Below, piece by piece: positions 37,286 to 46,832 of a stretch of 64,000 bases of DNA (position 1 is the first letter of the stretch; each line of letters starts with the position of its first letter). A program made the translations under genes and the position numbers. The stretch is taken from sequence record OQ845958.1; one strand, written 5' to 3'. Origin of the DNA: Escherichia phage pEC-M719-6WT.2. The notes below the pieces were generated by a model. The model did no database searches and had not been told where the DNA came from. It saw only the letters and a list, made by a program, of their open reading frames with translations.

Positions 37286-37543
37286 ATGATTACTTCTTTT
37301 GAAATTGGCCAACAATATGAAATGTCTGCTCTTCAAGCTGCTGAAGCAGGTCTGACTGAAGCGTTTGAATGTGCATTTACAAATATTCGTGGTAAAATCT
37401 TTACTGTCAATAAAATTGCGGTATATGATAAAGAAACAGACATGAACAAAGGCATCTACTTGAACGTGTCAAACGCAAAAGGCCGTCGTGAAATTATGGT
37501 TGTACAACCTAACCAACTGGCGATGTTCAATAAGGTTACATAA
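37286..37543 (+). CDS. hypothetical protein
   Basis: 85-aa ORF from ATG after SD GAGGA. Confidence 0.45.
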   Translation: MITSFEIGQQYEMSALQAAEAGLTEAFECAFTNIRGKIFTVNKIAVYDKETDMNKGIYLNVSNAKGRREIMVVQPNQLAMFNKVT

Positions 37544-38295
37544 TGAAACCAGAATTTATTGACTTTGATGTTGTAAGCATGTATGTTCGCCCAATTAAAC
37601 CATTAAAACTTGAGAAACAAAATATGACTATTGAAATTAACAAAACTTATCAACTGATTGAACCTATTATTCAAAACGCAGCTATGGTTTCTGGGTATAA
37701 TACTCTGACTGATGCTTTAGGCGAAGGTGAATTTATTGTTGAAACTTTTGTAAAAAGTAACTGGTTTGATAAAGCATATATTTTGCATGCACGTCGCCTT
37801 GATACAAATGAAGTAGAAAAAATTATGGTTTATGAAGCTGAGATTGAACTCTTCAAAGAAGTTGAAGAAACTCCTATCAAAGTTGACAAAACCTATCAAC
37901 TTGTTGGATATGGTGATTTTGATAATACTAATGCATTGAATGCCGGTTGGCGCGTACTGAAAGGTATTTTTGGATTTGCTCCATTTACCGTTAAAACAGT
38001 TAAGTACCACAATCACCAAAGCATCTTTGAATTTACTGCGGTCAATGAATCAGGTGACAATCTTGAAGCCATCCTTTATCCGCGTGAATCTGTACTGCTG
38101 GAAGAAGTTAGCGAACTGGGTGACCCTATTGACTTGTTATGCAAACCAGTTCAAATCAAACGCCCATTTAACAGTTCCATTTGTGGTTGGGTAACAGACC
38201 AGTGGATTGAAGATGGTGTTGAACTCCTGAACGTTGTCCATGCTGGTGAATTTACTGTTGTACCACGTTCTATGGTTGTTGAAATTTTTAATTAA
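37543..38295 (+). CDS. hypothetical protein with internal repeat; C-terminal domain shared with next ORF
   Basis: 250 aa; (N/D)KTYQL repeated twice; C-terminus GWVTDQWIEDGVELLNVVHAGEFTVVP. Confidence 0.5.
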   Translation: MKPEFIDFDVVSMYVRPIKPLKLEKQNMTIEINKTYQLIEPIIQNAAMVSGYNTLTDALGEGEFIVETFVKSNWFDKAYILHARRLDTNEVEKIMVYEAEIELFKEVEETPIKVDKTYQLVGYGDFDNTNALNAGWRVLKGIFGFAPFTVKTVKYHNHQSIFEFTAVNESGDNLEAILYPRESVLLEEVSELGDPIDLLCKPVQIKRPFNSSICGWVTDQWIEDGVELLNVVHAGEFTVVPRSMVVEIFN

Positions 38296-38300
38296 ATTTA

Positions 38301-38345
38301 AAGTGTACAAACTCTTGGGGTCAGAGTATAATGACCCCACTGGAG
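38301..38345 (+). repeat. promoter/stem-loop cassette copy A
   Basis: AGTGTACAAACTCTTGGGGTCAGAGTATAATGACCCCACTGGAG; 44/45 identical to copy at 49511. Confidence 0.7.
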
Positions 38346-38374
38346 AATAAACTTATTAACCAAGAGAGAAAATT

Positions 38375-38929
38375 ATGAAAGTTGAAGCTGGTGATATTGT
38401 ACGTGTTTCTAAAGAATCTCGTTCTAAAGCTGCTGGTCGTTTTGTTGAGGTTGCGGGTCTTCGCACTAATTTAGTAGGTGGAATTAAAGAAGTTAAAGTG
38501 CGTATCATTCCTAAAAATGGTCAGACTGAAACTCAATTGGCTTATGTGCATCCTAAATTCCTGGAATCAACCGAATTTACTGGATATATCGCTCCTGTGT
38601 CTGAGGAAGTTGAATCCCATGATGGATATGTGTGCGAAAGCAATGATATCCGTGGTGTAATTGCTCAAGACGTTGAAACCATTGACCAGTCTCATGTTGG
38701 GGTTGATTTTAAATGGAAATTGGGCAAAGGTGTCTTTTTTGTTTCACCTAAACCGTTTGAATACAATTGCATGTACGGTCCGACTTATGAAACCACTAGC
38801 ATGTCTGGTTACATCACAGACCAGTGGGTTGAAGAAGGTGTCAAACTGTATAATATCGTATTCCTTGGAACCTTTAAGGTTGTTCCTGAGAGCTTTATCG
38901 TTGAGTATGCCGATATTCATTTTGCCTAA
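38375..38929 (+). CDS. hypothetical protein; C-terminal domain paralogous to 37543 ORF
   Basis: 184 aa; C-terminus GYITDQWVEEGVKLYNIVFLGTFKVVP. Confidence 0.5.
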   Translation: MKVEAGDIVRVSKESRSKAAGRFVEVAGLRTNLVGGIKEVKVRIIPKNGQTETQLAYVHPKFLESTEFTGYIAPVSEEVESHDGYVCESNDIRGVIAQDVETIDQSHVGVDFKWKLGKGVFFVSPKPFEYNCMYGPTYETTSMSGYITDQWVEEGVKLYNIVFLGTFKVVPESFIVEYADIHFA

Positions 38930-38977
38930 ATTATAAAAATGATAGGGTAATTTTGCCCTATCAATGAGGAGAATATT

Positions 38978-39202
38978 ATGTTTAATGAAGATTGTGTGAC
39001 CACTTCCCTGACTGCTGAAGAGTTTTGGGACACTGCCGAAAGTGATAAAGTGATTGTGAAGAAAAACATCAATGAATTTCTTTGCACCACTGATATCATT
39101 TATGTGTATGCAGACAAAGACGCAGAACTACCTAGCTATGCGCTGTTCCGCGAAGAATCAGAAGATGGTACAGATTTTTGGAAGGAGATTTATAATGTCT
39201 AA
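38978..39202 (+). CDS. hypothetical acidic protein
   Basis: 74-aa ORF with SD GAGGAG. Confidence 0.4.
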   Translation: MFNEDCVTTSLTAEEFWDTAESDKVIVKKNINEFLCTTDIIYVYADKDAELPSYALFREESEDGTDFWKEIYNV

Positions 39203-39566
39203 ATTTGAAACTGATAAGTGGTATTATTTTAAAGATAATGTTGCTGAAAGCAGATTCCGTTTGTTATGCACAGATAATGATAATATAGCCAATGCTATAA
39301 TCAATGGCGAGGGATTTAGACCAGTCAGAATTGAAGATGGTGATGTGTATAAAATGGAATTATCAACTGGTGAATTTGTGAGCCTATTCATAAAGGAAGA
39401 CGAATTCCGTTTCTTTGAAGAAGAAAAAGATGACGATACTGAAGATGAATGCGAAGACGCAGCTCCATCTGAGCCAAGCGAATTCCCTTTGACTAAAATC
39501 ACCATCTCTAATAACTCCGAAGCCTGGACCGTTTACCAGATGTTGAAAGCACACTTTAAGGAATAA
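39195..39566 (+). CDS. hypothetical acidic protein
   Basis: 123-aa ORF from internal ATG. Confidence 0.4.
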   Translation: MSKFETDKWYYFKDNVAESRFRLLCTDNDNIANAIINGEGFRPVRIEDGDVYKMELSTGEFVSLFIKEDEFRFFEEEKDDDTEDECEDAAPSEPSEFPLTKITISNNSEAWTVYQMLKAHFKE

Positions 39567-39567
39567 C

Positions 39568-39744
39568 ATGCCACTTTATGATTACAAATGTCAATCCAAT
39601 GACTGCGCGAAAGAATACGAAAAAATCAAGAAAATCTCTGAAAGAGATAATGATGTTTGTCCTGATTGCCATCGGCTGGCTGTTCGGTTAGTCTCGGCCC
39701 CTAAACATGTTAATGGCGGTTTTTACGACCTGCTGACTAAGTGA
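39568..39744 (+). CDS. zinc-ribbon protein (FmdB-like)
   Basis: 58 aa, YDYKCQSNDC...CPDCH paired CxxC motifs. Confidence 0.45.
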   Translation: MPLYDYKCQSNDCAKEYEKIKKISERDNDVCPDCHRLAVRLVSAPKHVNGGFYDLLTK

Positions 39745-39750
39745 GAAATT

Positions 39751-40011
39751 ATGAAATACATTAATCGTTCTATTGCAGCGCTGGTGCTGGCGGTTTCATT
39801 AGCTGGTTGTACTGATGCAGATAACGCCATTCGTGTATTAGATGCAAACGGCTATGAGCAAATCCAAATCACCGGATATAATTGGTTCTCTTGTGGTAAA
39901 GATGATTTCCAACACACAGGCTTTACGGCCGTGGGTCCAACTGGTAAGAAAGTTGAAGGAACTGTTTGTTCTGGTTTGTTGTTCAAGAATTCAACCATCC
40001 GATTTGAATGA
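39751..40011 (+). CDS. putative lipoprotein
   Basis: Signal peptide with lipobox LAGC. Confidence 0.45.
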   Translation: MKYINRSIAALVLAVSLAGCTDADNAIRVLDANGYEQIQITGYNWFSCGKDDFQHTGFTAVGPTGKKVEGTVCSGLLFKNSTIRFE

Positions 40012-40018
40012 GGATATT

Positions 40019-40420
40019 ATGTTTAAAATTGGAAAGAGTTATTGCATTAAAGATTTAGATGGCTTCCTTAAACATGTCGGTATGCCCGGTTGCATTTTGA
40101 ACCAGCAAGGAACCTCTATCATTGATTTGATTACTACCAAAGAGTTTTCAGTCACCAAGATGGAAGCAAATGTTGTGACGGAATTTAGTACTATCGATGG
40201 AACTGGATTTTCTTTCCATAGTCGTAATGGAACCGGTCTTATTTTTGGTGATGAATTTAAATATTTTGAAGAAACCCCAAAGGAATGTGATTCTGAAATA
40301 ACCGAACAGGAATCAAAAGAGGATATTGTTGTTACCGGTGGCGATGTTATTATTACGGTTAAAACTGAAGCCGGGCGCCTACAAGCTATTAAAATGTTAG
40401 AGCAGCTTCGATTCAAATAA
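40019..40420 (+). CDS. hypothetical protein
   Basis: 133-aa ORF with SD GAGGA. Confidence 0.45.
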   Translation: MFKIGKSYCIKDLDGFLKHVGMPGCILNQQGTSIIDLITTKEFSVTKMEANVVTEFSTIDGTGFSFHSRNGTGLIFGDEFKYFEETPKECDSEITEQESKEDIVVTGGDVIITVKTEAGRLQAIKMLEQLRFK

Positions 40421-40439
40421 AAGGCCTTCGGGCCTTTTT
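40421..40439 (+). terminator. intrinsic terminator AAGGCC-ttcg-GGCCTT + TTTTT
   Basis: UUCG hairpin plus T-run. Confidence 0.6.
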
Positions 40440-40463
40440 GCTTTAAAATATGTGACTTATAAT
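40439..40463 (+). promoter_or_regulatory. MotA-dependent middle promoter (TGCTTTA box, 12 nt, TATAAT)
   Basis: Canonical MotA box upstream of gp39. Confidence 0.5.
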
Positions 40464-40485
40464 ACCTCCATACACAAGAGGAAAG

Positions 40486-42318
40486 ATGATGATTAATAAT
40501 GAAATTAAAGTACTCTCGGACGTCGAGCATATCAAAAAACGTTCCGGGATGTATATTGGTTCCAGTTCAAATGAAGCGCATGAGCGATTCTTGTTTGGTG
40601 AATATAAGTCCGTAAGCTATGTTCCTGGTATTGTAAAACTGATTGATGAAATTATCGATAACTCTGTTGATGAAGCAATTCGCACCAGTTTTAAATTTGC
40701 CAATAAAATTGATGTCCAAATTAAAGATAATCAGATTTCGGTTTCCGATAATGGCCGTGGTATTCCACAAGCAATGGTTACAGACCAAAACGGTGAACAA
40801 ATCCCTGGCCCGGTTGCAGCATGGACTATTCCAAAAGCAGGTGGTAACTTCGGTGATGATGCTGAACGTAAAACTGGTGGGATGAATGGCGTCGGGTCTT
40901 CTCTGACCAATATTTTCTCTGTATTGTTCACCGGGATTACTGCCGACGGCACAAATGAAATCACCGTTAACTGCTCCAATGGTATGGAAAACAAAGGTTG
41001 GTCTACCAAGAAATCTAAGGGTAAAGGTACAACTGTTATTTTTGTTCCGGACTTCAGTCACTTTGAAGAAAATAGCCTGTCCCAGATTTATCTGGATATT
41101 ACATTGGACCGTCTGCAGACTCTTGCGGTTGTTTATCCGGATATTCAGTTTACCTTTAATGGTAAAAAGGTTGATGGCAATTTCAAGAAGTTCGCCAAGC
41201 AATTCGGAACCGAAGTTGTTATCCAGGAAACTGATACAGTATCGATGGCCTTTACGACTAGCCCGGATGGTTTCCGCCAGTTGACTTATGTCAACAACAT
41301 TCATACAAAGAATGGTGGGCACCACGTTGAATGTGTTATGGATGATATCTGTGAACATCTTCAGCCAGCCATTAAACGCAAATATAAAGGCATTGAGGTG
41401 ACAAAGGCACGAGTTAAAGAATGCCTCACCATGCTTATGTTCATTCGCGATATGAGCAACATGCGATTTGATTCCCAGACTAAGGAGCGATTGACTTCTC
41501 CGGCTGGTGAAATTCGAAATCACATTAAGATTGATGCCAAGAAAATCGCACAAGCTATTCTGAAAAATGAACCACTGATTATGCCGATTGTTGAAGCTGC
41601 ATTAGCCCGTAAATTGGCTGCAGAGAAAGCAGCAGAGACCAAGGCGAATAAGAAAGCTTCAAAGGCCAAGGTGCAAAAGCATATCAAGGCCAACGAATGG
41701 GGCAATGATAAGCTGGAAACGACTCTATTCCTGACCGAAGGTGATTCTGCAACCGGTCCATTTATCAAGGTCCGCGACCGTGAATTACAAGGTGCTTATC
41801 CGTTACGTGGTAAGTTCAAAAACACATGGGGTCTGAAAGCTGTTGACGTTATGAAGAACGCCGAAGCCTTTGATGTGTGTGCGATTACTGGTTTAACGAT
41901 TGGACAACCGGCCGAGAATATGAATTACCGAAACATTGCTATCATGACAGATGCGGATGTGGATGGTGTCGGTAGTATCTATCCATCGTTATTGGCGTTT
42001 TTCAGTAACTGGCCAGAGCTGTTCCATGAAGGACGAATTCGCTTTGTGAAAACTCCTGTTATTATTGCGCAGCTCAAAGATAAACAAGAATGGTTCTATT
42101 CTCTTCCTGACTATGAAGAAGCTAAGGATAAACTTCCGAAGCACACCATCCGATATATCAAGGGGCTTGGTTCTCTGGAAGATGCCGAGTACAAACGCGT
42201 ATTGCTCGAACCAGTATTCGAAGTTGTTCAATTGCCCGACAACTGGAAAGAACTGTTCGAAATGCTCTTCGGTAAAGATTCCCAGCAGCGTAAAGATTGG
42301 ATGAATGCGACACTATAA
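40486..42318 (+). CDS. 39: DNA topoisomerase II large subunit gp39 (GyrB-like), fused 39+60 form
   Basis: 610 aa single ORF with GHKL ATPase and TOPRIM regions; no separate gene 60. Confidence 0.93.
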   Translation: MMINNEIKVLSDVEHIKKRSGMYIGSSSNEAHERFLFGEYKSVSYVPGIVKLIDEIIDNSVDEAIRTSFKFANKIDVQIKDNQISVSDNGRGIPQAMVTDQNGEQIPGPVAAWTIPKAGGNFGDDAERKTGGMNGVGSSLTNIFSVLFTGITADGTNEITVNCSNGMENKGWSTKKSKGKGTTVIFVPDFSHFEENSLSQIYLDITLDRLQTLAVVYPDIQFTFNGKKVDGNFKKFAKQFGTEVVIQETDTVSMAFTTSPDGFRQLTYVNNIHTKNGGHHVECVMDDICEHLQPAIKRKYKGIEVTKARVKECLTMLMFIRDMSNMRFDSQTKERLTSPAGEIRNHIKIDAKKIAQAILKNEPLIMPIVEAALARKLAAEKAAETKANKKASKAKVQKHIKANEWGNDKLETTLFLTEGDSATGPFIKVRDRELQGAYPLRGKFKNTWGLKAVDVMKNAEAFDVCAITGLTIGQPAENMNYRNIAIMTDADVDGVGSIYPSLLAFFSNWPELFHEGRIRFVKTPVIIAQLKDKQEWFYSLPDYEEAKDKLPKHTIRYIKGLGSLEDAEYKRVLLEPVFEVVQLPDNWKELFEMLFGKDSQQRKDWMNATL

Positions 42319-42321
42319 ATA
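42314..42321 (+). promoter_or_regulatory. late promoter TATAAATA overlapping gp39 stop
   Basis: Exact consensus, then palindrome ACGGGAGAAT/ATTCTCCCGT and SD AGGAGAAG. Confidence 0.45.
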
Positions 42322-42360
42322 GATACGGGAGAATATTCTCCCGTCTTATAGGAGAAGTCC

Positions 42361-42513
42361 ATGAAAAAGTGGTGGGTTACGTTGTCAAATGGCGAATACG
42401 GTTATCTGTGGGCCGATACTAAACCTCTGTTTGCATCCTTTGTCACCATTATGTGCGAGACTTGGGATGGCGAATACTATACCGCATATGGGCAAGTCTA
42501 TAAAGTTGAGTAG
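42361..42513 (+). CDS. small Trp/Tyr-rich protein, late-promoter driven
   Basis: 50-aa ORF flanked by TATAAATA and intrinsic terminator. Confidence 0.35.
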   Translation: MKKWWVTLSNGEYGYLWADTKPLFASFVTIMCETWDGEYYTAYGQVYKVE

Positions 42514-42516
42514 CCA

Positions 42517-42539
42517 AAAGGACCTTCGGGTCCTTTTTT
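42517..42539 (+). terminator. intrinsic terminator AAAGGACC-ttcg-GGTCCTTT + T-run
   Basis: 8-bp stem, UUCG loop, TTTTTT. Confidence 0.65.
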
Positions 42540-42589
42540 ATTATGTACAAGCCACAAAAATTGCGTTAAGATATCCTTGAGGTGAACAT

Positions 42590-42874
42590 ATGATTATGTC
42601 TGACGGAAGTTTAGTTAATCTGCAGAATGTTGCACGTTGTATTATGGAAGCAGGTCTGAGGAAGGTACAGGAGCTCCCAGATAGCGACAGGAAGCGAAGT
42701 TACTTGTTGGCTGTAAGAGCATCAGCCATGAGCATTAAGGCTGGCCAGAAGGTTCCTGAGGAGCGAATTGAAGCACTCCTTGCATTGATATACCATGGCC
42801 AAGAACATAAAGCTACCATGCGTAGTATGAGAAAAATATTGCAGGAGATTGGAAATGACAAACTTCAAAGTTAA
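42590..42874 (+). CDS. hypothetical protein
   Basis: 94-aa ORF with SD GAGG. Confidence 0.4.
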   Translation: MIMSDGSLVNLQNVARCIMEAGLRKVQELPDSDRKRSYLLAVRASAMSIKAGQKVPEERIEALLALIYHGQEHKATMRSMRKILQEIGNDKLQS

Positions 42875-43058
42875 TATGGAACTGTTTGATAAAGCTGTCC
42901 ATAAAGAATACCGTGTTATCCAACGATTTTTTGATATAAGAGAAGCTGAAGAGTTTAAAGAACGCTTCAAAGAAATCCGTATTAAAATAGCTTCAGACAC
43001 CGCAACAAAGGATGAACTTCTTGAAGTTGCAGAATTAATCAAACGTAACATAAAGTGA
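42855..43058 (+). CDS. hypothetical protein (rIIA.1 position)
   Basis: 67-aa ORF. Confidence 0.4.
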   Translation: MTNFKVNMELFDKAVHKEYRVIQRFFDIREAEEFKERFKEIRIKIASDTATKDELLEVAELIKRNIK

Positions 43059-43065
43059 GAAAAAC

Positions 43066-45300
43066 ATGATTTTAGAAACTGAAAAGGAAACAATCCTTGG
43101 TAATGGTGCCAAGGCATCAGCATTCACAATCCAGGCATCTCCAAAGGTGTTTAAGATTCTGACCAGCGACCTTTACACAAATAAGGTGCGTGCAGTTGTT
43201 CGTGAGCTGATTACCAATATGATTGATGCTCATATGCTCAATGGTTGTCAGGATAAATTCATTGTTCAAGCTCCTGGTGAACTGGACCCACGCTTTGTGT
43301 GTCGTGACTTTGGTCCAGGTATGAGTGATTTCCAGATTCGTGGTGATGAAAATACCCCAGGTCTGTATAACAGTTTCTTTGCATCATCCAAGGCTGAATC
43401 CAATGATTTTATTGGTGGCTTTGGTCTGGGTTCTAAATCTCCGTTCAGTTATACAGAGACGTTTAGCCTGATTTCGTATCATGATGGTCAAGTTAATGGT
43501 TATGTCGCTTATATGGATGGTGATGGTCCACAGATTAAGCCAACCTTTAGCGAACCAATGAAACCTGGCGACCGCACAGGGATTGAAGTTGTTGTCCCGG
43601 TTGATAGTAATGATTTTGGTAAGTTCCGCCACGAGATTGCATATATCATGCGTCCATTTGCTGGACTGGCTGAAGTACAAGGCGTAGGCGAAATTAATTA
43701 TTTCCCGGAATTTGATGATTATTATGCTCCAGAGCGTATTAATTATAGCAGCCCAGAACGTTATGGTCTTTATGCAATTTACGGTGGAATTGTTTATCCA
43801 ATTGCCGACGGTTATACAAAGAAAACCTGGATGACTGCCAAAAATGATGTTGTCTTTATTAAGTTCCCGATGGGTTCGTTGGATATTGCACCTTCTCGCG
43901 AAGCATTATCACTGGACAAACGTACGGTCGCAAATATCGTTGAACGTATCGAATCCCTTGATAAGAAAGTCATGGAAGATGATTGTAAGAAATGGCAGGA
44001 ATCAGAATGTATCCGCCACACGTATCGCGAATTACAGAGTCTGAGTTATGAAGCTCGTAATTTTCTGAAAGCTCGTAATGCTGAAACGAAATTTACGAAA
44101 TCGCAATTGACCTTTAACCAGATGTATGAAATGTTCGAGCTGGACAAAGACCTTATTAATGCCGGGGTTGTCTATGATATCTATAGCACTACCCGTCTGA
44201 AACGTCTGCGTAACTCAAGCTCGAACACGAATACTGCAAGCCTGACGAGCATGTTTGGTATTCAGAATAATACCTTGAACATTGTTATTGACGATGCTAA
44301 AGGGCGAATTGCGATGATTCGGGGCATCAGTTCAATGCTGTATGACACCAGCGCGAAAGCCAAAAAGCTCAAAGCATCTGGTAAAGTCCCGACTGTACAA
44401 GGTAGTAGTCTATTGTTCGTTGACCCAACCAGCGAAATTCAAACACGTCTGATGGTTCAACTTCAAGAACGATTTAAAGGCGATACAGTTAATATCTATC
44501 GTACGTCTGAACTGACCGCCCTTGTAAAAGACTGGATTCCGGTTGCTGACCCGAAAGCGCGCGTTAAGTCAAAGACTCCATCATTGATTCGTTGGACTAA
44601 AACCAATGGCAAATGGCAGTCTGTTGAAGAATTTACATGTGCAGCTGATGCAGAGGAAATCGATGGTTATGCTGTATTCATTAACCGCAGTAGCATTTCC
44701 CCGTTGAATCAGGATTATGGCGTCACGAACTTCGGGACCCAGACATTGTGTAAACTGGCAAACCTGTTGGAAATCAATGAATTCTGTGTTATTCGTCCAC
44801 AGCTTCAGAAAAAGATTACCAAGCTGGCGCAGTGTGATTGTCTGATTGAAGCTGCAGTCAATCGTTATGTGGAATTGATTGATGCGGTTGATGCGGACCA
44901 GTACATTGCCGCTTCAAGCCGTTCGCGTTATTATATTCCTATCCTGTCTGAATATGCAGAACTGAATTTTATGTTCAAGTATTTTTATGCAAAAGATGTT
45001 CAGAAAGATGTGAATACTGACTATGCCGAATTAATGCAGTTCAATAAGTTCTTTGCTTATAACGCATATAACAGTGGAACAGTTGATAAGACCATGCAGG
45101 AAACTCTGGTCCTTTGTAATAAGATTTATGACGACCTGACCAAAAACGCTTCGGTAACAAGCGATAAAATGGTTTTTGAATTTGAAAAGAATCACCCGAT
45201 TGTTTCACACTTTTTATATAACCGTAACGCCATGTCAACTGAACAAGTACAGAACGTTGCTCAAATCATGAAGGCCGTGGAAGCGGCCAATAAGGAATAA
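43066..45300 (+). CDS. rIIA: rIIA membrane-associated protein
   Basis: 744 aa, N-terminal GHKL-like motifs, adjacent to rIIB as in T-even phages. Confidence 0.88.
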   Translation: MILETEKETILGNGAKASAFTIQASPKVFKILTSDLYTNKVRAVVRELITNMIDAHMLNGCQDKFIVQAPGELDPRFVCRDFGPGMSDFQIRGDENTPGLYNSFFASSKAESNDFIGGFGLGSKSPFSYTETFSLISYHDGQVNGYVAYMDGDGPQIKPTFSEPMKPGDRTGIEVVVPVDSNDFGKFRHEIAYIMRPFAGLAEVQGVGEINYFPEFDDYYAPERINYSSPERYGLYAIYGGIVYPIADGYTKKTWMTAKNDVVFIKFPMGSLDIAPSREALSLDKRTVANIVERIESLDKKVMEDDCKKWQESECIRHTYRELQSLSYEARNFLKARNAETKFTKSQLTFNQMYEMFELDKDLINAGVVYDIYSTTRLKRLRNSSSNTNTASLTSMFGIQNNTLNIVIDDAKGRIAMIRGISSMLYDTSAKAKKLKASGKVPTVQGSSLLFVDPTSEIQTRLMVQLQERFKGDTVNIYRTSELTALVKDWIPVADPKARVKSKTPSLIRWTKTNGKWQSVEEFTCAADAEEIDGYAVFINRSSISPLNQDYGVTNFGTQTLCKLANLLEINEFCVIRPQLQKKITKLAQCDCLIEAAVNRYVELIDAVDADQYIAASSRSRYYIPILSEYAELNFMFKYFYAKDVQKDVNTDYAELMQFNKFFAYNAYNSGTVDKTMQETLVLCNKIYDDLTKNASVTSDKMVFEFEKNHPIVSHFLYNRNAMSTEQVQNVAQIMKAVEAANKE

Positions 45301-45301
45301 T

Positions 45302-46273
45302 ATGTTTAATATCAAATGTATGTCTAAAGCCGAACAAGCTGATGTGGTCCAGATGTATTCAACGGGCAATTATACCCAGCCTGAATTGGCAGAATATTTT
45401 GCTGTGTCCGTTGACACCATTCGCCGCGTTTTGAAAAATGATAAAGAATCAAAATTAGCTAAAACCATTTCTGCATCACTGAAAGCAGCTGTTGGTGTGG
45501 CGATTAATGCTCCGGTGACAGTAACGGTTGAAGTCCCGGTTGCTGATACAATCGGCGGTAGCCGCCCGGAAATCGTATGGAACGCATCAAGCAAATTCGT
45601 TTCCATCACCGAAGGTCGCACGGTCTGGAACGCAACAAAAGACCATAAACACTTTAATGATATTATTCAGGCACTCAAAGAATCTCGTTTTGACGATGCT
45701 ATCGAGTTTATCTCAATCAAAGCTGCGGTGCAAAAATATGTGAAAGGTGATGTGCGTATTGAAGGTGGTAGTCTGTTCTATCAGGGAATTGAACTGCGCT
45801 CTGGTTTGGTTACTCGTATCATTGATTCAATGCAAAATGGTGAAGATTTTGAATTCTATCTGCCGTTCCTTGAGAATCTCCTTGAGAACCCGAGTGAAAA
45901 AGCAGTACAGCGTTTGTTTGACTTCCTGGTTGCTAACGATATCGAAATCACCGAAGATGGTCATTTCATCGCCTGGAAAATGGTTCGTTCAACCTACAAA
46001 GATTGTCACTCAAACACATTCGACAACAGCCCTGGCCAATATGTTAAAATGCCACGCTCTCGTGTGAATGACAATGACGAACAAACCTGTTCAACTGGGC
46101 TGCACGTTTGTTCTAAAGGTTATATCGGAAGTGGCTTTGGTCATGGTGATGGGCGCATCGTATCCTGTAAAGTTCACCCGCGCGATGTTGTAAGTATCCC
46201 GGTGGATTATAATGATTCAAAAATGAGGGTTTGTGGTTACCTGGTTCTTGATGATGTAACTGAACAATTCTAA
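45302..46273 (+). CDS. rIIB: rIIB protein
   Basis: 323-aa ORF immediately after rIIA. Confidence 0.82.
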   Translation: MFNIKCMSKAEQADVVQMYSTGNYTQPELAEYFAVSVDTIRRVLKNDKESKLAKTISASLKAAVGVAINAPVTVTVEVPVADTIGGSRPEIVWNASSKFVSITEGRTVWNATKDHKHFNDIIQALKESRFDDAIEFISIKAAVQKYVKGDVRIEGGSLFYQGIELRSGLVTRIIDSMQNGEDFEFYLPFLENLLENPSEKAVQRLFDFLVANDIEITEDGHFIAWKMVRSTYKDCHSNTFDNSPGQYVKMPRSRVNDNDEQTCSTGLHVCSKGYIGSGFGHGDGRIVSCKVHPRDVVSIPVDYNDSKMRVCGYLVLDDVTEQF

Positions 46274-46306
46274 ATTAATCGGGGCTTCGGCCCCTAATGA
46301 GGCTTT

Positions 46307-46504
46307 ATGTTAGGTTTCCAAGCACGTGTAGTTGAAGAATATGACCAGCTGGTTTTGAAAATCAATGCTCTTGAAGAGTTTATTAAGGGTGGTGTTTTTG
46401 AAACTCTTGATATCCGTCAACAAGGTCTTTTGATTGCCCAACTGGATGCGATGGGCGCATATGCTCATGTACTGGCAATCCGTATCTCTTATTTTGGTGA
46501 ATAA
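46307..46504 (+). CDS. hypothetical protein
   Basis: 65-aa ORF after GGGGC-ttcg-GCCCC hairpin. Confidence 0.4.
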   Translation: MLGFQARVVEEYDQLVLKINALEEFIKGGVFETLDIRQQGLLIAQLDAMGAYAHVLAIRISYFGE

Positions 46505-46507
46505 ATT

Positions 46508-46828
46508 ATGATTAACTATATGAACGTTGGCGATGAATCTATTAACGAAATCCGGTTGCATGGTAATCATGTTGCGGATATTGTTTATTGTGTGGATTGT
46601 CATTATGCTTCTACAAAGTCAACTGGGCGGTTATATGCGAGGGACATCATTCTTGCAACGAAAGAAGAACTTCGTAGTCTGGACCATTCTACACTAGCCG
46701 AAAGTGCCAGAATTTATTATGGCGTCGTTCATGTGGACAAAGTTTATATTGGCAGCGATTATCAAGAGCAAGCTGAGCAAAATTCTTTAGATATTGTCGA
46801 AAAATCCGATATGTATTTTAAAGGATGA
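46508..46828 (+). CDS. hypothetical protein
   Basis: 106-aa ORF. Confidence 0.4.
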   Translation: MINYMNVGDESINEIRLHGNHVADIVYCVDCHYASTKSTGRLYARDIILATKEELRSLDHSTLAESARIYYGVVHVDKVYIGSDYQEQAEQNSLDIVEKSDMYFKG

Positions 46829-46832
46829 CATT

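Noticed and set aside
40567-41553. 328-aa reverse-strand ORF inside gp39
   Set aside because: Antisense to a conserved topoisomerase gene, no translation signals.
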